DNA of 64,000 bases from Candidatus Multivorans sp. (GCA_965247095.1 OZ251997.1:4032001-4096000); one strand, 5' to 3'; positions 28,587-41,703 are shown, counted from the stretch's first letter. Numbers and translations are program-made. The notes: generated by a model from the letters alone, not told the origin.

Positions 28587-30892
28587 GGGCCCTTACCCTG
28601 GGGGACCGTGCCCGGGCCGCAGCGGGAGTCGCGGCGGGGCTCTGGTTGATGCTGGCCGGCGGCGGCGTCGCCCGCGCCTCGGAAGTCCAGATCTGGCGGG
28701 CCGACAGCCAGGCCGCGTTTCTGGCGGGCGAGCTCGTGGACGTAAGCGTCGATCGGCTGGGGGTTCTGCGTCTGGCCCAGCGGGCCGAGCAGTTCGCCAC
28801 CGTCGCGGAGCCCTTCCTGTTCTCCTTCGTCGGAGCGGAGGGGCGCTTTGCCGCGGGTACCGGCAACTCGGGCAAGGTCCTGGAGGTCGAGATCGACGGG
28901 GATGCCGGTACGGTCACCGAACTGTTCGCCACCGAGGAACCCGAAGTGTTCGCGGTCTGGGTTGACGCCGACGGCGCCGTCTATGCCGGCTCGTCGCCGG
29001 ACGGCAAGGTCTACCGGAAGCGGCCCGAGGGCGAGGTCGAAGAGCTGTTCGATCCGGATGCGCAGTACATCTGGGCGCTCCTGGGCACCGGAGACGGCGG
29101 CCTGCTGGTGGCGACCGGTCCGGAGGGGAAGCTGCACCGGGTGGACCTCGCGAGCGGTGAATCGAAGTTGCTCTACGACAGCACGGATGTCCATATCCGT
29201 TCGCTGGCGCTGCGCCCGGACGGTACGGTGCTGGCCGGCACCGCGGGCGAGGGTCTGCTGCTCGAGATCGACGCGGAGGGCGAAGCCCGCACGCTCTACG
29301 ACGCCGCCGGACCCGAGGTGCTGGCGATCACGCCGGGCGAGGACGGCGCCTTCTACGCCTCCGCGCTGGCCTCCGAGGCGAGCTTCGTCGACCTGAGCAG
29401 CACGCGAAGCTCCCCGAGTGGCAGTTCGTCGGCAAGCAGATCGACGGGAAGCGCCGCCGCGGCCGGGGGTGACTCTTCGAGTTCGAACGGCAAGCAGAGC
29501 GGGGTCACGGTCCAGACGGGGGCGATCTCCGCGGGGAGCCGTGCCGCCTCCTTCAAGGGTCCGCGCTCCGAGGTGCTGCGGATCGACGCGACAGGCGCCG
29601 TCGAGTCGATCTGGAAGTTCGAGATGGAGACGGTGTACGCCCTGAGCTACCAGCAGGATCGGCTCTGGGTCGCCACCGGTCAGGAGGGCAAACTGTTCAG
29701 CTTCCAGAACGATCAGATGGTGCTCGAGAAGGACCTCGACCAGAGCCAGATCGTCGGCCTGGGGCGGGGCTCGGCCGGCCCCGTCTTCGCCAGCGTCAAT
29801 GCGGCAGCCGTCTACGGCTTCGTCGGCGGCGACAACGGCGGCCTGGCGCAGCAGGGAACGGTGACGGGCAAGCCGCTCGACGCGTCTTCCGTCTCGAGCT
29901 TCGGTTCGATCCGCTGGCGCGGGCGCGCGGGAGACGGCGCCCTCGTCGCGCTCTCCGCCCGCAGCGGGATGAGCTCGGACCCGGACGAGACGTGGTCGGA
30001 CTGGACCGAGGCTTCCGTAGCGCGGGAGGCGCCGCTTTCCGACCTGCCGCCGGGCCGCTACCTCCAGTGGCGGGCGGAACTCCACGGCAGCGGCGACCGT
30101 ACGCCCGAGGTCGTGGCGGTCGAGGTCACCTACCGGCAGCACAACCGCAAGCCCGAGATCAAGAAGCTGGAAGTGCTCCCGGCGGGGACGATCCTGGTGC
30201 CGACGAACTTCAACCCATCGAACCAGGCCTACGAGCCGGCGCACCCGAACCGCGACCGCATCTTCACCACCCTCGGCGATCCGGCCCAGACCAAGCAGGG
30301 CGCAACGAAGAGCCTGTGGAAGCTGGGATACCGGACGTTGCGCTGGGAGGCCGAGGACCCCAACAAGGACCGTCTCCGCTACCGGCTCTCCTTCGCCCGC
30401 GAGGCGGAACTCGCGGCCGGCGACGAAGACGCGGACGACTCCGATGCGCTGTGGCTCGAGATGGCGGATGACCTGAAGGCCGCCTTCTTCAGCTTCGACG
30501 CGACCGTGCTGCCGGACGGCGTCTACCGGTTTCAGGTCAGCGCCACCGACAGGCTCGACAACACCCCCGGCGAGGCGCTCGAGGCCGAGGAGGTGTCGGC
30601 CGCCGTGGTCGTCGACCACAGCCCGGCGCGACTGGTCGAGGCTTCGCGCGACGGCGGCCGCGTGACCGCCGTCGTCGAGGACGCCTGGAGCCCGCTGCGC
30701 GAGGCGGTGGTCAGCGTCGACGCCGGCGAGTGGCGCGCCGTCGGGGTCGAGGACGGTCTGCTCGACAGCCAGCGTGAGACGCTGGCGATCGATGCCGCCG
30801 AGGGCGCCCGGCTGTTGCTGCTGCGACTGACCGACGCGGCCCACAATGTGACCACCATCGACCTCTCAAGCCAACTCGGAAGCGGACAATGA
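28583..30892 (+). CDS. Secreted beta-propeller-repeat protein with C-terminal Fn3/Ig-like region
   Basis: Signal peptide; repeated blades 'YAGSSPDGKVYR', 'VATGPEGKLHR', 'AGTAGEGLLLE', 'VATGQEGKLF'; overlaps the S55 stop. Confidence 0.75.
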   Translation: MRALTLGDRARAAAGVAAGLWLMLAGGGVARASEVQIWRADSQAAFLAGELVDVSVDRLGVLRLAQRAEQFATVAEPFLFSFVGAEGRFAAGTGNSGKVLEVEIDGDAGTVTELFATEEPEVFAVWVDADGAVYAGSSPDGKVYRKRPEGEVEELFDPDAQYIWALLGTGDGGLLVATGPEGKLHRVDLASGESKLLYDSTDVHIRSLALRPDGTVLAGTAGEGLLLEIDAEGEARTLYDAAGPEVLAITPGEDGAFYASALASEASFVDLSSTRSSPSGSSSASRSTGSAAAAGGDSSSSNGKQSGVTVQTGAISAGSRAASFKGPRSEVLRIDATGAVESIWKFEMETVYALSYQQDRLWVATGQEGKLFSFQNDQMVLEKDLDQSQIVGLGRGSAGPVFASVNAAAVYGFVGGDNGGLAQQGTVTGKPLDASSVSSFGSIRWRGRAGDGALVALSARSGMSSDPDETWSDWTEASVAREAPLSDLPPGRYLQWRAELHGSGDRTPEVVAVEVTYRQHNRKPEIKKLEVLPAGTILVPTNFNPSNQAYEPAHPNRDRIFTTLGDPAQTKQGATKSLWKLGYRTLRWEAEDPNKDRLRYRLSFAREAELAAGDEDADDSDALWLEMADDLKAAFFSFDATVLPDGVYRFQVSATDRLDNTPGEALEAEEVSAAVVVDHSPARLVEASRDGGRVTAVVEDAWSPLREAVVSVDAGEWRAVGVEDGLLDSQRETLAIDAAEGARLLLLRLTDAAHNVTTIDLSSQLGSGQ

Positions 30893-31428
30893 GCCCACAC
30901 TCGCCTCGGCCGCCTGCCTCGGATGGTTCCAACTGTGTTCCTGGTGGCCGACGTAGAATCGGCGTCTTCCCCGGCTCCTTCGACCCGGTCCACAACGGCC
31001 ATCTCGATCTGATCGAGCGCGCCCGCCGGCTGTTCGACGTGCTCTACATCGCGGTGCTCTACAACGAGCAGAAGCAGGCGCTGTTCTCCGTCGAGGAGCG
31101 GATCGACCTCCTGCGCGAGCTGCTCGGCGAATCGGACGACTGCCCGGTCGAGAGCTTCAGCGGCCTGCTGGTCGACTACGCGCGCGAGAAGGGCGCCTGT
31201 GCCGTCGTCCGCGGCCTGCGCTCCGGCGCCGACTTCGACTACGAACTGCCGATGACGTTGATGAACCGCCGCTTGGCGTCCGACATGGACACCATCTTCC
31301 TGCTGCCGGCGCCGGAGTGGATCTTCCTCTCCAGCCGGCTGACCAAGGAGGTCCGTAGCCTCGACGGCGACATCTCGGGCGTCGTGCCGCCCGTGGTCCT
31401 GGAGGCGCTGCGGCGGAAACTGGGCTGA
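30889..31428 (+). CDS. coaD: Phosphopantetheine adenylyltransferase
   Basis: 'FPGSFDPVHNGHLDLI', 'VRGLRSGADFDYE', 'FLSSRLTKEV'. Confidence 0.96.
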   Translation: MSPHSPRPPASDGSNCVPGGRRRIGVFPGSFDPVHNGHLDLIERARRLFDVLYIAVLYNEQKQALFSVEERIDLLRELLGESDDCPVESFSGLLVDYAREKGACAVVRGLRSGADFDYELPMTLMNRRLASDMDTIFLLPAPEWIFLSSRLTKEVRSLDGDISGVVPPVVLEALRRKLG

Positions 31429-31504
31429 GGGTGGCAGCGGCCAAGGAAGTGTCTGCGCTGCAGACACCTGGGCGGCCGGGACCGGAAGGCGGCGCACCGA
31501 CCTC

Positions 31505-33121
31505 CTACTTCGGATGGCTCTCTCCGGTCGACGTCAGGATCTTTCCTGACAAGGGGTCGTACACCGCGATCACGTACGTGTGCTCGCGCCGGCGGAGCTG
31601 CAGGTCGGTCTGGTAGTAGAAGACTTGGCCGGGCTGCGGTCTTTCGGGCCCGGCGATCGGGACCTTCTCGTCCGACACCTCCGCGCGGTTACCGCTCAGG
31701 TCCATCGCCGCGACCCGAACTTCCAGCACGTTCAGCCACTCGCCGGCCACGGGCAGGAGCTGGACCTCGTCGAGCGGAATCGCCACTTCAAGGGACACCG
31801 ACATCTTGCCGCGTCCGGCACGAACCGGCTCACCGAGGCGCACGTCGAGCGGTCTGGCGTTGGGCGGATCGCCGAACAGCAGGGCGGCTTCGACCGTCAT
31901 GGCGACCTCGCGGTCGCGCGACATGTCCACGTAGCCTTCGCGCGTCCGTACTTCGAGATCGGTTCGGCCGACCGTTCGCACGACGATCTCGTGGAAGGCG
32001 TCGTCCTCGCGCCGTTGCGGCTCGAAGCCGAGCCAGTAGTAGGAGCGGGTGTCCGCGACGACTCGGGACAGCGCCGTATCCCGCTGCGCCACGAGCATCG
32101 GCACACCACCGGTTGAGGCTGCCAACTGCTGCAGGGTACTCCGCAGGTTGCCAGACCGTTCCCCAGAGCCCATCGTCGCGGCGCGCACGTCCACCGGATA
32201 GAGCGCGAAGCCGACCAGGTTCGCCGTCGACGCCAGGGGGCCGTACAGGTCGTCCTCACTGGCCACCCTGTGGTCGATCGCTTCGGTGTCATCCAACGGC
32301 GGCCGCCCCAAAGTGTAGACCTTGGGGGACCACGGCCAGCCGCCGGCGAGCAGCAGCATCACGTTGCGGCCGGACCGATCGGTGAATCTGCGCATCGTTG
32401 CCACCGCCGCCAGCACCGAGCGCTCCAACTGGTCGCTCAGCTTCTCCTCGTAGAAGATCTCCGCCCTGGACGCGAGACGTCTCACGTCTGCTCTGGGTCC
32501 CAGGCTTTCCTCCAACTGGGAAACCGACTCCCTGTCGCTATCGACCATTCTCAGTTCGCTTCGCCGCCGCAGGCCGTAGGCGGGCCGTGCACGCGCCCGG
32601 TCGAGTGCTTCCCGTAACCGGTTCGCCGAGTTCGTCCAGGTGGTCAGGGTCTCCACCCTGTTGCCGTCGAAGGCGACAGCGGCCACCCGGTCGGCCGGGC
32701 CCAACTCGCCAAGGTCTTGCTCGAGGCGGTCGAGCACCCTGTTCCGATCGCGCTCGATGGAGAACAGATCGTCGATGTAGATCAGGAAGTTCGTGGCGGC
32801 CGGGGCCTTCGGATCCAGACTCGGCACCCCTGCCACGTCGCCGTCCGCCGCATCCAGAGCAAAGCCGTCCTCGATCGCCGTGAAGTAGTCGATCGGCGTC
32901 GGCTCGCCGTCGACCAGGAGTTCGAAGTCCGAGGCATTCAAGCCGTGGACGCGGTGTCCCTTCCTGTCCGCGACGACGACCTCGATGTTCACGACCCGGA
33001 CATCGACGACTTCCGAGAACACCTCCGGCAGAGCCGGCTGCTGGGCTGACGCCGCGGTGCCGAGCAGCACCAGGGCGAGGAGAATCCAGGTGGTCCCGAA
33101 GGTCCAATGGCGCCACTTCAT
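31505..33121 (-). CDS. Acidobacterial VWFA-related secreted protein (paralogue 2)
   Basis: Signal peptide; 'VDVRVVNIEVVVADRKG..VHGL...DFEL', 'TGG', 'YYWLGFEP', 'VRTREGY'. Confidence 0.85.
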   Translation of the reverse strand: MKWRHWTFGTTWILLALVLLGTAASAQQPALPEVFSEVVDVRVVNIEVVVADRKGHRVHGLNASDFELLVDGEPTPIDYFTAIEDGFALDAADGDVAGVPSLDPKAPAATNFLIYIDDLFSIERDRNRVLDRLEQDLGELGPADRVAAVAFDGNRVETLTTWTNSANRLREALDRARARPAYGLRRRSELRMVDSDRESVSQLEESLGPRADVRRLASRAEIFYEEKLSDQLERSVLAAVATMRRFTDRSGRNVMLLLAGGWPWSPKVYTLGRPPLDDTEAIDHRVASEDDLYGPLASTANLVGFALYPVDVRAATMGSGERSGNLRSTLQQLAASTGGVPMLVAQRDTALSRVVADTRSYYWLGFEPQRREDDAFHEIVVRTVGRTDLEVRTREGYVDMSRDREVAMTVEAALLFGDPPNARPLDVRLGEPVRAGRGKMSVSLEVAIPLDEVQLLPVAGEWLNVLEVRVAAMDLSGNRAEVSDEKVPIAGPERPQPGQVFYYQTDLQLRRREHTYVIAVYDPLSGKILTSTGESHPK

Positions 33122-33163
33122 GGCCGTTGCCCGTCTCCGCAGCCTGCCACTTGGGGACGAGTC

Positions 33164-34859
33164 CTAGTTCGGACCGATCACTCCAGTCCAGGTCAGGTTC
33201 GTTCCCGTCAAGGGGTCGTGTACCGTCATCACGAGCGAGTGCTCGCGCCGGCGGAGTTGCAGATCGGTCTGGTAGTAGAAAGTCTGTCCTGGCTGCGGCT
33301 CTTCGGTGCCGGCGATCGGGACCTTCTCGAACGATACTTCCGAGCGGTTGCCGCCCGAGTCCATCGCCGTCACGCGAATCTCCACCACGTTGAGCCATTC
33401 GTCGGCCACAGGCAGGAGCTGGATTTCGTCGAGGGGAATCGCCACCTCTACAGGCACCGACATCTTTCGCCGGCCGGCGGGAACCGGCTCCGAGAAGCGC
33501 ACCTGAAGCGGTAGAGCCTCGGGCGGATCGCCGAACAGCAGGGCGGCTCTCGCTGTCATATCGAGTTCGTGGTCGCGCGACATGTCCACGTAGCCCTCGC
33601 GTGTGCGAGCGTCGAGGTCCGCTCGGCCTACCAACTGCACCGCGATCTCATGGAACCTGTTGTCCTCGCGCCGTTGGGGCTCGAAACCGAGCCAGTAGTA
33701 CGAGCGGGTGTCCGCGACCACGCTCGCCAACGCGACATCCCGGCGCGCGTTCATCAGCGGCACGCCTCCGGTCGAGTGAGCCAGGAGGTGCAGGGCGCTG
33801 TGGATGGTGTCTTCCTTTTCGAGCGTTCCCGGCGCCGCGCCGATCACGTCGGGCTCGGCGTTGGCGCCGAACCCTCTCGTTGCGTCGCCGTAGAAGTCTC
33901 TGGTGAGGCCCGGCAGGTCCACGGGGTAGAGCGAAAAGCCGATCAGGTTCGCGGTCGACACCAGCGGACCGTATAGCTCGTGCTCGCTCATGACTCGACG
34001 GTCGACGCGAAGGTTTCCTTCGGACAACCGCTCCCGGGCGTAGATCTCCACGGATCTTGGCCAGCCGCCGGCGAGCAGCAGCATCACCTTGCGGCCGGGC
34101 TGGTTGGCGAACCGGCGCATGGTGGCCATCGCCGCCAGTACGGAACTCTCCAACTGGTTGCCCAACGATTCCGTATAGGCGACGTCCATTCGGAGGGTGG
34201 TGTCGCTAAAGCCCGATGCGACCTGCGGGGCCGATCCAAGGAGTCCGCTTTGATCCCTGCCCGCCTGGTGATCGGCGAGCACTTGTCGGTCTTGAGTGAC
34301 CTGCCTCCGTGCCGACAGTTGCTGCAGACCGTCGGACGGCCGGGAGCGGGCTCGGTCCAGCGCGTCTTCGAACTGGTCTGCGGAGTTCGTCCACGGCGTC
34401 AGGATCTCCGCGGTTTGGCCGTCGTAGGCCACGGCGGCGACCCGGTCCGCTGGACCGAGTTCGCCAAGGTCGTCCCTCAGGCGGTCGAGCACCCTGTTCC
34501 GGTCGTGTTCGAAGGAGAAGAGGTCGTCGATGAAGATGAGGAAGTTCGTGCCCACCGGCGCGTTCAGGTCCAGGCTCGGCACCCCGTCCACACCACCAGC
34601 CGTCCCATCCCGAGCAAAGCCGTCCTCGATCTCCGTGAAGTAGGCGATCGGGGTCGGTTCACCGTCGACCAGGAGTTCGAAGTCCGACGGTCTCAGGCCC
34701 TGGACGCGGTTCCCCGCTCGGTCGGTAACGACGACCTCGACGTTCACCACCCGGACGTCGATCACCTCCGAGAAGACGGCGGGCACGTCTTGCTGCTGAG
34801 CCGGCGCCGCGGCTGCCAGCAACACCAGGCCGGCGAGAATCCAGCGAGGCTTGTGGCCC

Positions 34860-34888
<29 letters not shown>
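33164..34888 (-). CDS. Acidobacterial VWFA-related secreted protein (paralogue 1)
   Basis: Same motifs; long near-identical protein blocks shared with 31505-33121. Confidence 0.85.
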
Positions 34889-35918
<1,030 letters not shown>

Positions 35919-35925
35919 CTCTACC

Positions 35926-37791
35926 TCAAGCCTCTGCCATTCGCTCAATTCGATGGAGGATTTCGTCCCGCGTGAAGGGCTTGCCCTCGACCTTGGAGAA
36001 GGTCTCGATGTCCTTCAGGTAGCGGGCCCGCAGGAGCAGCGCCAACTGACCGAGGTTCATCTCGGGCACCAGAACCCGCTCAAAGCGGTCGAGGATGTCG
36101 CCCAGGTTGCGGGGGAAGGGGTTGATGTGCCGGAGGTGGGCGCGACTGACCGTGAGGCCGTCCGTCCGCGCCTGGTTCACGGCTCCCGTGATCGCGCCCA
36201 GGGTGCTGCCCCAACCGAGGACGAGGAGCTTGCCGCTCTCGGGTCCGTCGACCTCGATGTCGGGAATGTCGCCCGCGATCCGCGCGATCTTTTCGGCTCG
36301 CAACCGCACCATGTGGTCGTGGTTGTCCGGCTCGTAGTTGACGTTGCCGGTGACATCCTCCTTCTCGAGACCGCCGATCCGGTGCTCGAGGCCGGGAGTG
36401 CCCGGAATCGCCCAGGGCCGGGCGAGGGTCTGCTGGTCGCGCATGTAGGGCAGGAAGCCCTCCGCGTCCTGGTGGAAGTCGACCCGAAGGTCGGGGAGTT
36501 CCTCGACCTGGGGGATGCGCCAGGGTTCGGAGCCGTTGGCGATGTAGCCGTCGGACAAGAGGATGACGGGTGTCATGTAGGTCGTCGCCATGCGGACCGC
36601 TTCGAGCGCGGTGTCGAAGCAGTCGGCGGGCGAGGCGGCCGCGATCACCGGTACGGGCGATTCGTTGTTGCGCCCGAACATGACCTGCAGCAGGTCCGCC
36701 TGCTCGGTCTTCGTCGGCAGGCCGGTCGACGGCCCCCCGCGCTGGATGTCGCAGATCACCAGGGGCAGCTCGACCATCACCGCCAGGTTGATTCCCTCGG
36801 CCTTGAGCGCGATCCCGGGGCCGCTCGAACAACTGACGCCGAGGCTGCCGCCGAAGGAAGCGCCGATCGCGGAGCAGACGGCGGCGATCTCGTCCTCGGC
36901 CTGGTAGGTCACAACACCGAAGTGCTTGTAGGTCGCCAGTTCGTGGAGCACGTCGCTGGCGGGCGTGATCGGGTAGGCGCCGAGGAAGAGGGGCAGTCCG
37001 CTGCGGCGGCTTGCCGCGACCAGGCCGATGGCCAGCGCCGAGTTGCCGTGGATGCTGCGGTAGATGCCCGGCTCGAGCGGGGCCGGCTCCACGTCGTACC
37101 GGACCTGGAAGGCGTCCGTGATGTCGCAGAAGTTCCAGCCCGCCTTCATCACCTTGACGTTCGCCTCGGCGATCTCGGGCCGGCGCTTGAACTTGACCCG
37201 CAGCCAGTCGATCGTCCCTTCGAGCGGGCGGCTGAACAGCCAGTAGACCATGCCCAGGGCGAGGAAGTTCTTGCACCGGTCCTTCGAGCGGACGTCGAGC
37301 GGACTGTCCTCCAGGGCGCGCCGCGTCATCGTCGTCAGGCCGACCCGGTGGAGCCTGAAGGCGTTCAGGCTGTCGTCTTCGAGCGGATTCGACTCGTAGC
37401 CCGCCCGCTTCAGGTTGCGCGGGGTGAACTCGTCGGTGTTGACGATGATCACGCCGTTGTCGCGCAGGTCGCGGAGGTTGGCCTTGAGCGCCGCCGGGTT
37501 CATGGCGATCAGGACGTCCGGGGCGTCGCCCGGGGTGTGGATGTCGTGATCGGCGATTCGGACCTGGAAACCGGAAACGCCCGCCAGCGTGCCGGCCGGC
37601 GCCCGGATCTCGGCCGGGAAGTCCGGCAACGTGGACAGGTCGTTGCCGATCAGTGCCGACGTGTTCGTGAACTGCGTGCCGGTGAGCTGCATCCCGTCGC
37701 CGGAATCACCGGCGAAGCGGATCACGACATCGGAGACAGTTGCTTCGGAGGCTCTGCCGGCGGCCGCTTGCCCTGCGATCGGGAGGGTCAT
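35926..37791 (-). CDS. korA: 2-oxoacid:ferredoxin oxidoreductase alpha subunit (fused gamma domain)
   Basis: 'IRFAGDSGDGMQLTG', 'YPITPASD', 'QAEDEIAA', 'QRGGPSTGLPTKTEQ'; start re-called at MTLPIA. Confidence 0.93.
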   Translation of the reverse strand: MTLPIAGQAAAGRASEATVSDVVIRFAGDSGDGMQLTGTQFTNTSALIGNDLSTLPDFPAEIRAPAGTLAGVSGFQVRIADHDIHTPGDAPDVLIAMNPAALKANLRDLRDNGVIIVNTDEFTPRNLKRAGYESNPLEDDSLNAFRLHRVGLTTMTRRALEDSPLDVRSKDRCKNFLALGMVYWLFSRPLEGTIDWLRVKFKRRPEIAEANVKVMKAGWNFCDITDAFQVRYDVEPAPLEPGIYRSIHGNSALAIGLVAASRRSGLPLFLGAYPITPASDVLHELATYKHFGVVTYQAEDEIAAVCSAIGASFGGSLGVSCSSGPGIALKAEGINLAVMVELPLVICDIQRGGPSTGLPTKTEQADLLQVMFGRNNESPVPVIAAASPADCFDTALEAVRMATTYMTPVILLSDGYIANGSEPWRIPQVEELPDLRVDFHQDAEGFLPYMRDQQTLARPWAIPGTPGLEHRIGGLEKEDVTGNVNYEPDNHDHMVRLRAEKIARIAGDIPDIEVDGPESGKLLVLGWGSTLGAITGAVNQARTDGLTVSRAHLRHINPFPRNLGDILDRFERVLVPEMNLGQLALLLRARYLKDIETFSKVEGKPFTRDEILHRIERMAEA

Positions 37792-37938
37792 GTTCGTCTC
37801 TTGCGATGTGGACGCGAGGCGTTCTTGGACGCGGGCCGAGGCCACTGCCACGCCTGCGGGCGGTCCGAAATCCGTCCGCGGGAAGTGAGGGCGCAGATAG
37901 TACCATGACGCTGCCCCGCGCGTTGGCGAGAACTTCCA

Positions 37939-39999
37939 GTGCCTAGTCGCGAGAACACAACGAGTCCAAGGAGGCCTTGGCGTCGAGCCGCCTGGCTGTT
38001 GGGGCTGCTTCTCGCTCTGGGACTGTCGAGCGTCACCCTCTCGCTCGACGCGCCGCTGGTGCTGGACCTGCTGGCCGGGACCGTCGCCAGCGTGGCGGGA
38101 CTCGTCATCGCGTGGGTGGTCTTCGTCTGGTTGCAGCGCCGGTTGCTGTGGCGGGTCGGACGCCGGTTGGCCTTCAGCTACGTGTTGCTGGGCCTGCTGC
38201 CCTTCCTGCTCAACCTGGTGCTGGTGATCGTCGCCGCCTACCTGCTGTCCGGGTTCTTCCTCGGCCACCTGTACCGGGACGCGGCCATCGGCCTCCACGA
38301 GGAACTGGACGCGGTGTCCGCGTTCCTCATCCAGCCGCTCGAAATGGGGCTCCTCGACCCGTCCCGTCTACCCACGACGGTGGGCGGCGCCGCGCTGGCG
38401 TACTACCAGGGCGACATTCGCGTGGCCGGAGACCCGCGGGCCCCGGATTCCTTTCCGGCATGGCTGGAGGCCGCGGACGAATTCGATGGTGAGCGGCGGC
38501 GGAGCAGGGTTCCGCAGTTGGTCGTGCTGCCCGACGGCTCGGCGACGCTGGCCGCCGCTTTTGGCCGCGGGACATCCGCCGTGGTGGCCTTCTACGATCC
38601 CGAGGCCGGGGGCCTGCTGGAACGGGAGTTGAGCCGCCGAAGCGATGTCTGGACGCGGCTCCGGCGCCAGGGCGAGACGGACGGCACGGAGACGACGGTC
38701 CAGATCCTCGACACCCAGTTCGTGCTCCAGCCGCTGGCGCGGACCCGTGGCGGCGCCGAACGCGAGGCGTTCTTCGAGTCCCTCGGCGCCAGTTCGCCGC
38801 TCAGCATCGTCGGCGTCGAAATGGCCGGACCGCTGTACGCCTTCGCCAGCGGCGAACCGGTCTCGCCGCCGGTGTCGGCGTCGCTCGCCGCGACCCAGCG
38901 GATCGTTTTTCGACACCTGTTCTCGTCATCGGCCCAGGTCGACGGTCTCGGCTGGATCGCGTTCGGCGTCGCGGCTTTCCTGCTCTTCGACGTCTTCATC
39001 GCGGCGACGGTCATGGCCATGTTCATGATCCTGGGGCTGAGCCGCGCCGTGAACCGGTTGAGCGCGGCGACCGGGGCGCTGCAGGCGGGCGACTTCTCGG
39101 CCCGCATCCCGGTGCGGCGCCGGGATCAGATCGGCGCGCTGCAGACCTCCTTCAACGAGATGGCGCGGAGCCTCGAGGGCCTGGTCGCCGAGCGAGCCGC
39201 GAAGCACGCGCTCGAGCAGGAACTCGAGATTGCCCGCGAGGTCCAGAAGAGCCTGATTCCGGGAAGCAGCCTGCAGGCGGAGGGGGTCGAGTTCGCCACC
39301 TACTTCGAGCCCTCCGCGGCGATCGGCGGCGACTACTTCGACATCGTTCGGTTGCCCGGAGAGGATGGCGGCGAGAGCGATCGCCTGGCGGTGGTGATCG
39401 CGGACGTGGCGGGTCACGGTCTCTCGGCGGGTCTGCGCATGGCGATGCTCAAGGCGGGGCTGCTGACCCTGGTCGATGAGGGCAAGCCACCCCGGGAGAT
39501 CCTGTCGGCCCTGGATCGACTGGTGCGTTCGGGCGGCGACCGCACCTTCGTGACCGCGAGTCTGTCCCTGGTCGATCTGAAGGCGGGCGTCGTCGACATC
39601 ACGAACGCGGGCCATCCGCCGGCGTACCTACTGCGGCGGAACGAAGTCGAGGAGATTCTGCTGCCGGGGACCCCGCTCGGCGCGCTCGGCGAGGACTACG
39701 GCTTCCGGCGTATCGAGCTGCAGCCGGGTGATGTCCTCGTTTGGCTTTCCGACGGCTTCATCGAAGCCGTGGGCCGCGACGGTGAGCCGTTCGGCTACGA
39801 CCGGACCAGGACTTCGCTCCTGGGACCCGCAGCCAACGCCAAGGAGGTGTGCGACCGCATCCTGGCGAAGATGAGGCGCCATACCGACGGCGTCGGCGCC
39901 GAGGACGATCTGACCCTGGTCGTCATGCGCTACCAACCGGAAGCAGCCGCGGCAGAGAACCCCGCCGGCCCGGAGCTCATGACCGCGGCCGGCGCCTGA
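37939..39999 (+). CDS. Membrane HAMP + PP2C/SpoIIE (RsbU-like) phosphatase
   Basis: TM segments, HAMP 'DQIGALQTSFNEM', 'IGGDYFD', 'IADVAGHG', 'NAGHP', 'SDG', 'DDLT'. Confidence 0.92.
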   Translation: MPSRENTTSPRRPWRRAAWLLGLLLALGLSSVTLSLDAPLVLDLLAGTVASVAGLVIAWVVFVWLQRRLLWRVGRRLAFSYVLLGLLPFLLNLVLVIVAAYLLSGFFLGHLYRDAAIGLHEELDAVSAFLIQPLEMGLLDPSRLPTTVGGAALAYYQGDIRVAGDPRAPDSFPAWLEAADEFDGERRRSRVPQLVVLPDGSATLAAAFGRGTSAVVAFYDPEAGGLLERELSRRSDVWTRLRRQGETDGTETTVQILDTQFVLQPLARTRGGAEREAFFESLGASSPLSIVGVEMAGPLYAFASGEPVSPPVSASLAATQRIVFRHLFSSSAQVDGLGWIAFGVAAFLLFDVFIAATVMAMFMILGLSRAVNRLSAATGALQAGDFSARIPVRRRDQIGALQTSFNEMARSLEGLVAERAAKHALEQELEIAREVQKSLIPGSSLQAEGVEFATYFEPSAAIGGDYFDIVRLPGEDGGESDRLAVVIADVAGHGLSAGLRMAMLKAGLLTLVDEGKPPREILSALDRLVRSGGDRTFVTASLSLVDLKAGVVDITNAGHPPAYLLRRNEVEEILLPGTPLGALGEDYGFRRIELQPGDVLVWLSDGFIEAVGRDGEPFGYDRTRTSLLGPAANAKEVCDRILAKMRRHTDGVGAEDDLTLVVMRYQPEAAAAENPAGPELMTAAGA

Positions 40000-40011
40000 C
40001 GGGGGCTGCGT

Positions 40012-40701
40012 GTGAGCGTCGCCTTGCGGGCCGCCGCGGTGGTCCTGGTTCTGGTCCTTTGCGCCTCCGCGGCCGGGGCGGAACTGGCCGTTCTGACCAA
40101 CGGTTACCGGTACAAGGTGACGGCGTGGGAGCTCCTCGAGGGGCGGGGCACGAGCGCCGAGCGCATCCGGCTGACCCTGGAGAACGGCGGTTCCGTCACC
40201 CTGCCGCTGATGCGGATCGAGCGCATCGTCGACGACGAGATCGGCGAGGAGCCCCTTCCCGAGCCGCCGTCGGAGGCCGGCTTCTCGCTCGCCTACAGGC
40301 TCGGACAGACGGCGCCGGCCGTTCCCTACGGCGAGCTGTTCCTCGAGATCGGCCGCGAGCATGAACTGAACCCCGATCTCCTGGCGGCGATGGCGCGCGC
40401 GGAGTCGGCCTACGATCCCGGCGCCATGTCGTCGAAGGGCGCCCGCGGTCTGCTGCAACTCATGCCGGCGACCGCCGAACGCTTCGGCGTTTCGCCGGGC
40501 GAGCTCTACGACCCCGCCCGCAACGTGCTCGCCGCGGCCCGCTACCTGACCTGGCTGCGCCGGCGGTTCGAGGACGACCTGCCGCGCGTGCTGGCCGGCT
40601 ACAACGCCGGCGAAGGCGCCGTCGACGCCCACGACGGGGTGCCGCCGTACCGGGAGACGGTGAACTTCATCGGCCGCGTCTACGGCTTCCTGGGCCTGTA
40701 G
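40012..40701 (+). CDS. Lytic transglycosylase (SLT domain)
   Basis: 'AES', 'SSKGARGLLQLMP', 'AGYNAGEG', 'PPYRET'. Confidence 0.93.
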   Translation: MSVALRAAAVVLVLVLCASAAGAELAVLTNGYRYKVTAWELLEGRGTSAERIRLTLENGGSVTLPLMRIERIVDDEIGEEPLPEPPSEAGFSLAYRLGQTAPAVPYGELFLEIGREHELNPDLLAAMARAESAYDPGAMSSKGARGLLQLMPATAERFGVSPGELYDPARNVLAAARYLTWLRRRFEDDLPRVLAGYNAGEGAVDAHDGVPPYRETVNFIGRVYGFLGL

Positions 40702-40715
40702 GAGGGGGCTGCCCG

Positions 40716-41642
<927 letters not shown>

Positions 41643-41703
41643 TTGTATAGCGAATAATCTATCAGTGCGGACGGATCCCTGAACGCAGGTTCCTCCGGCT
41701 CGA

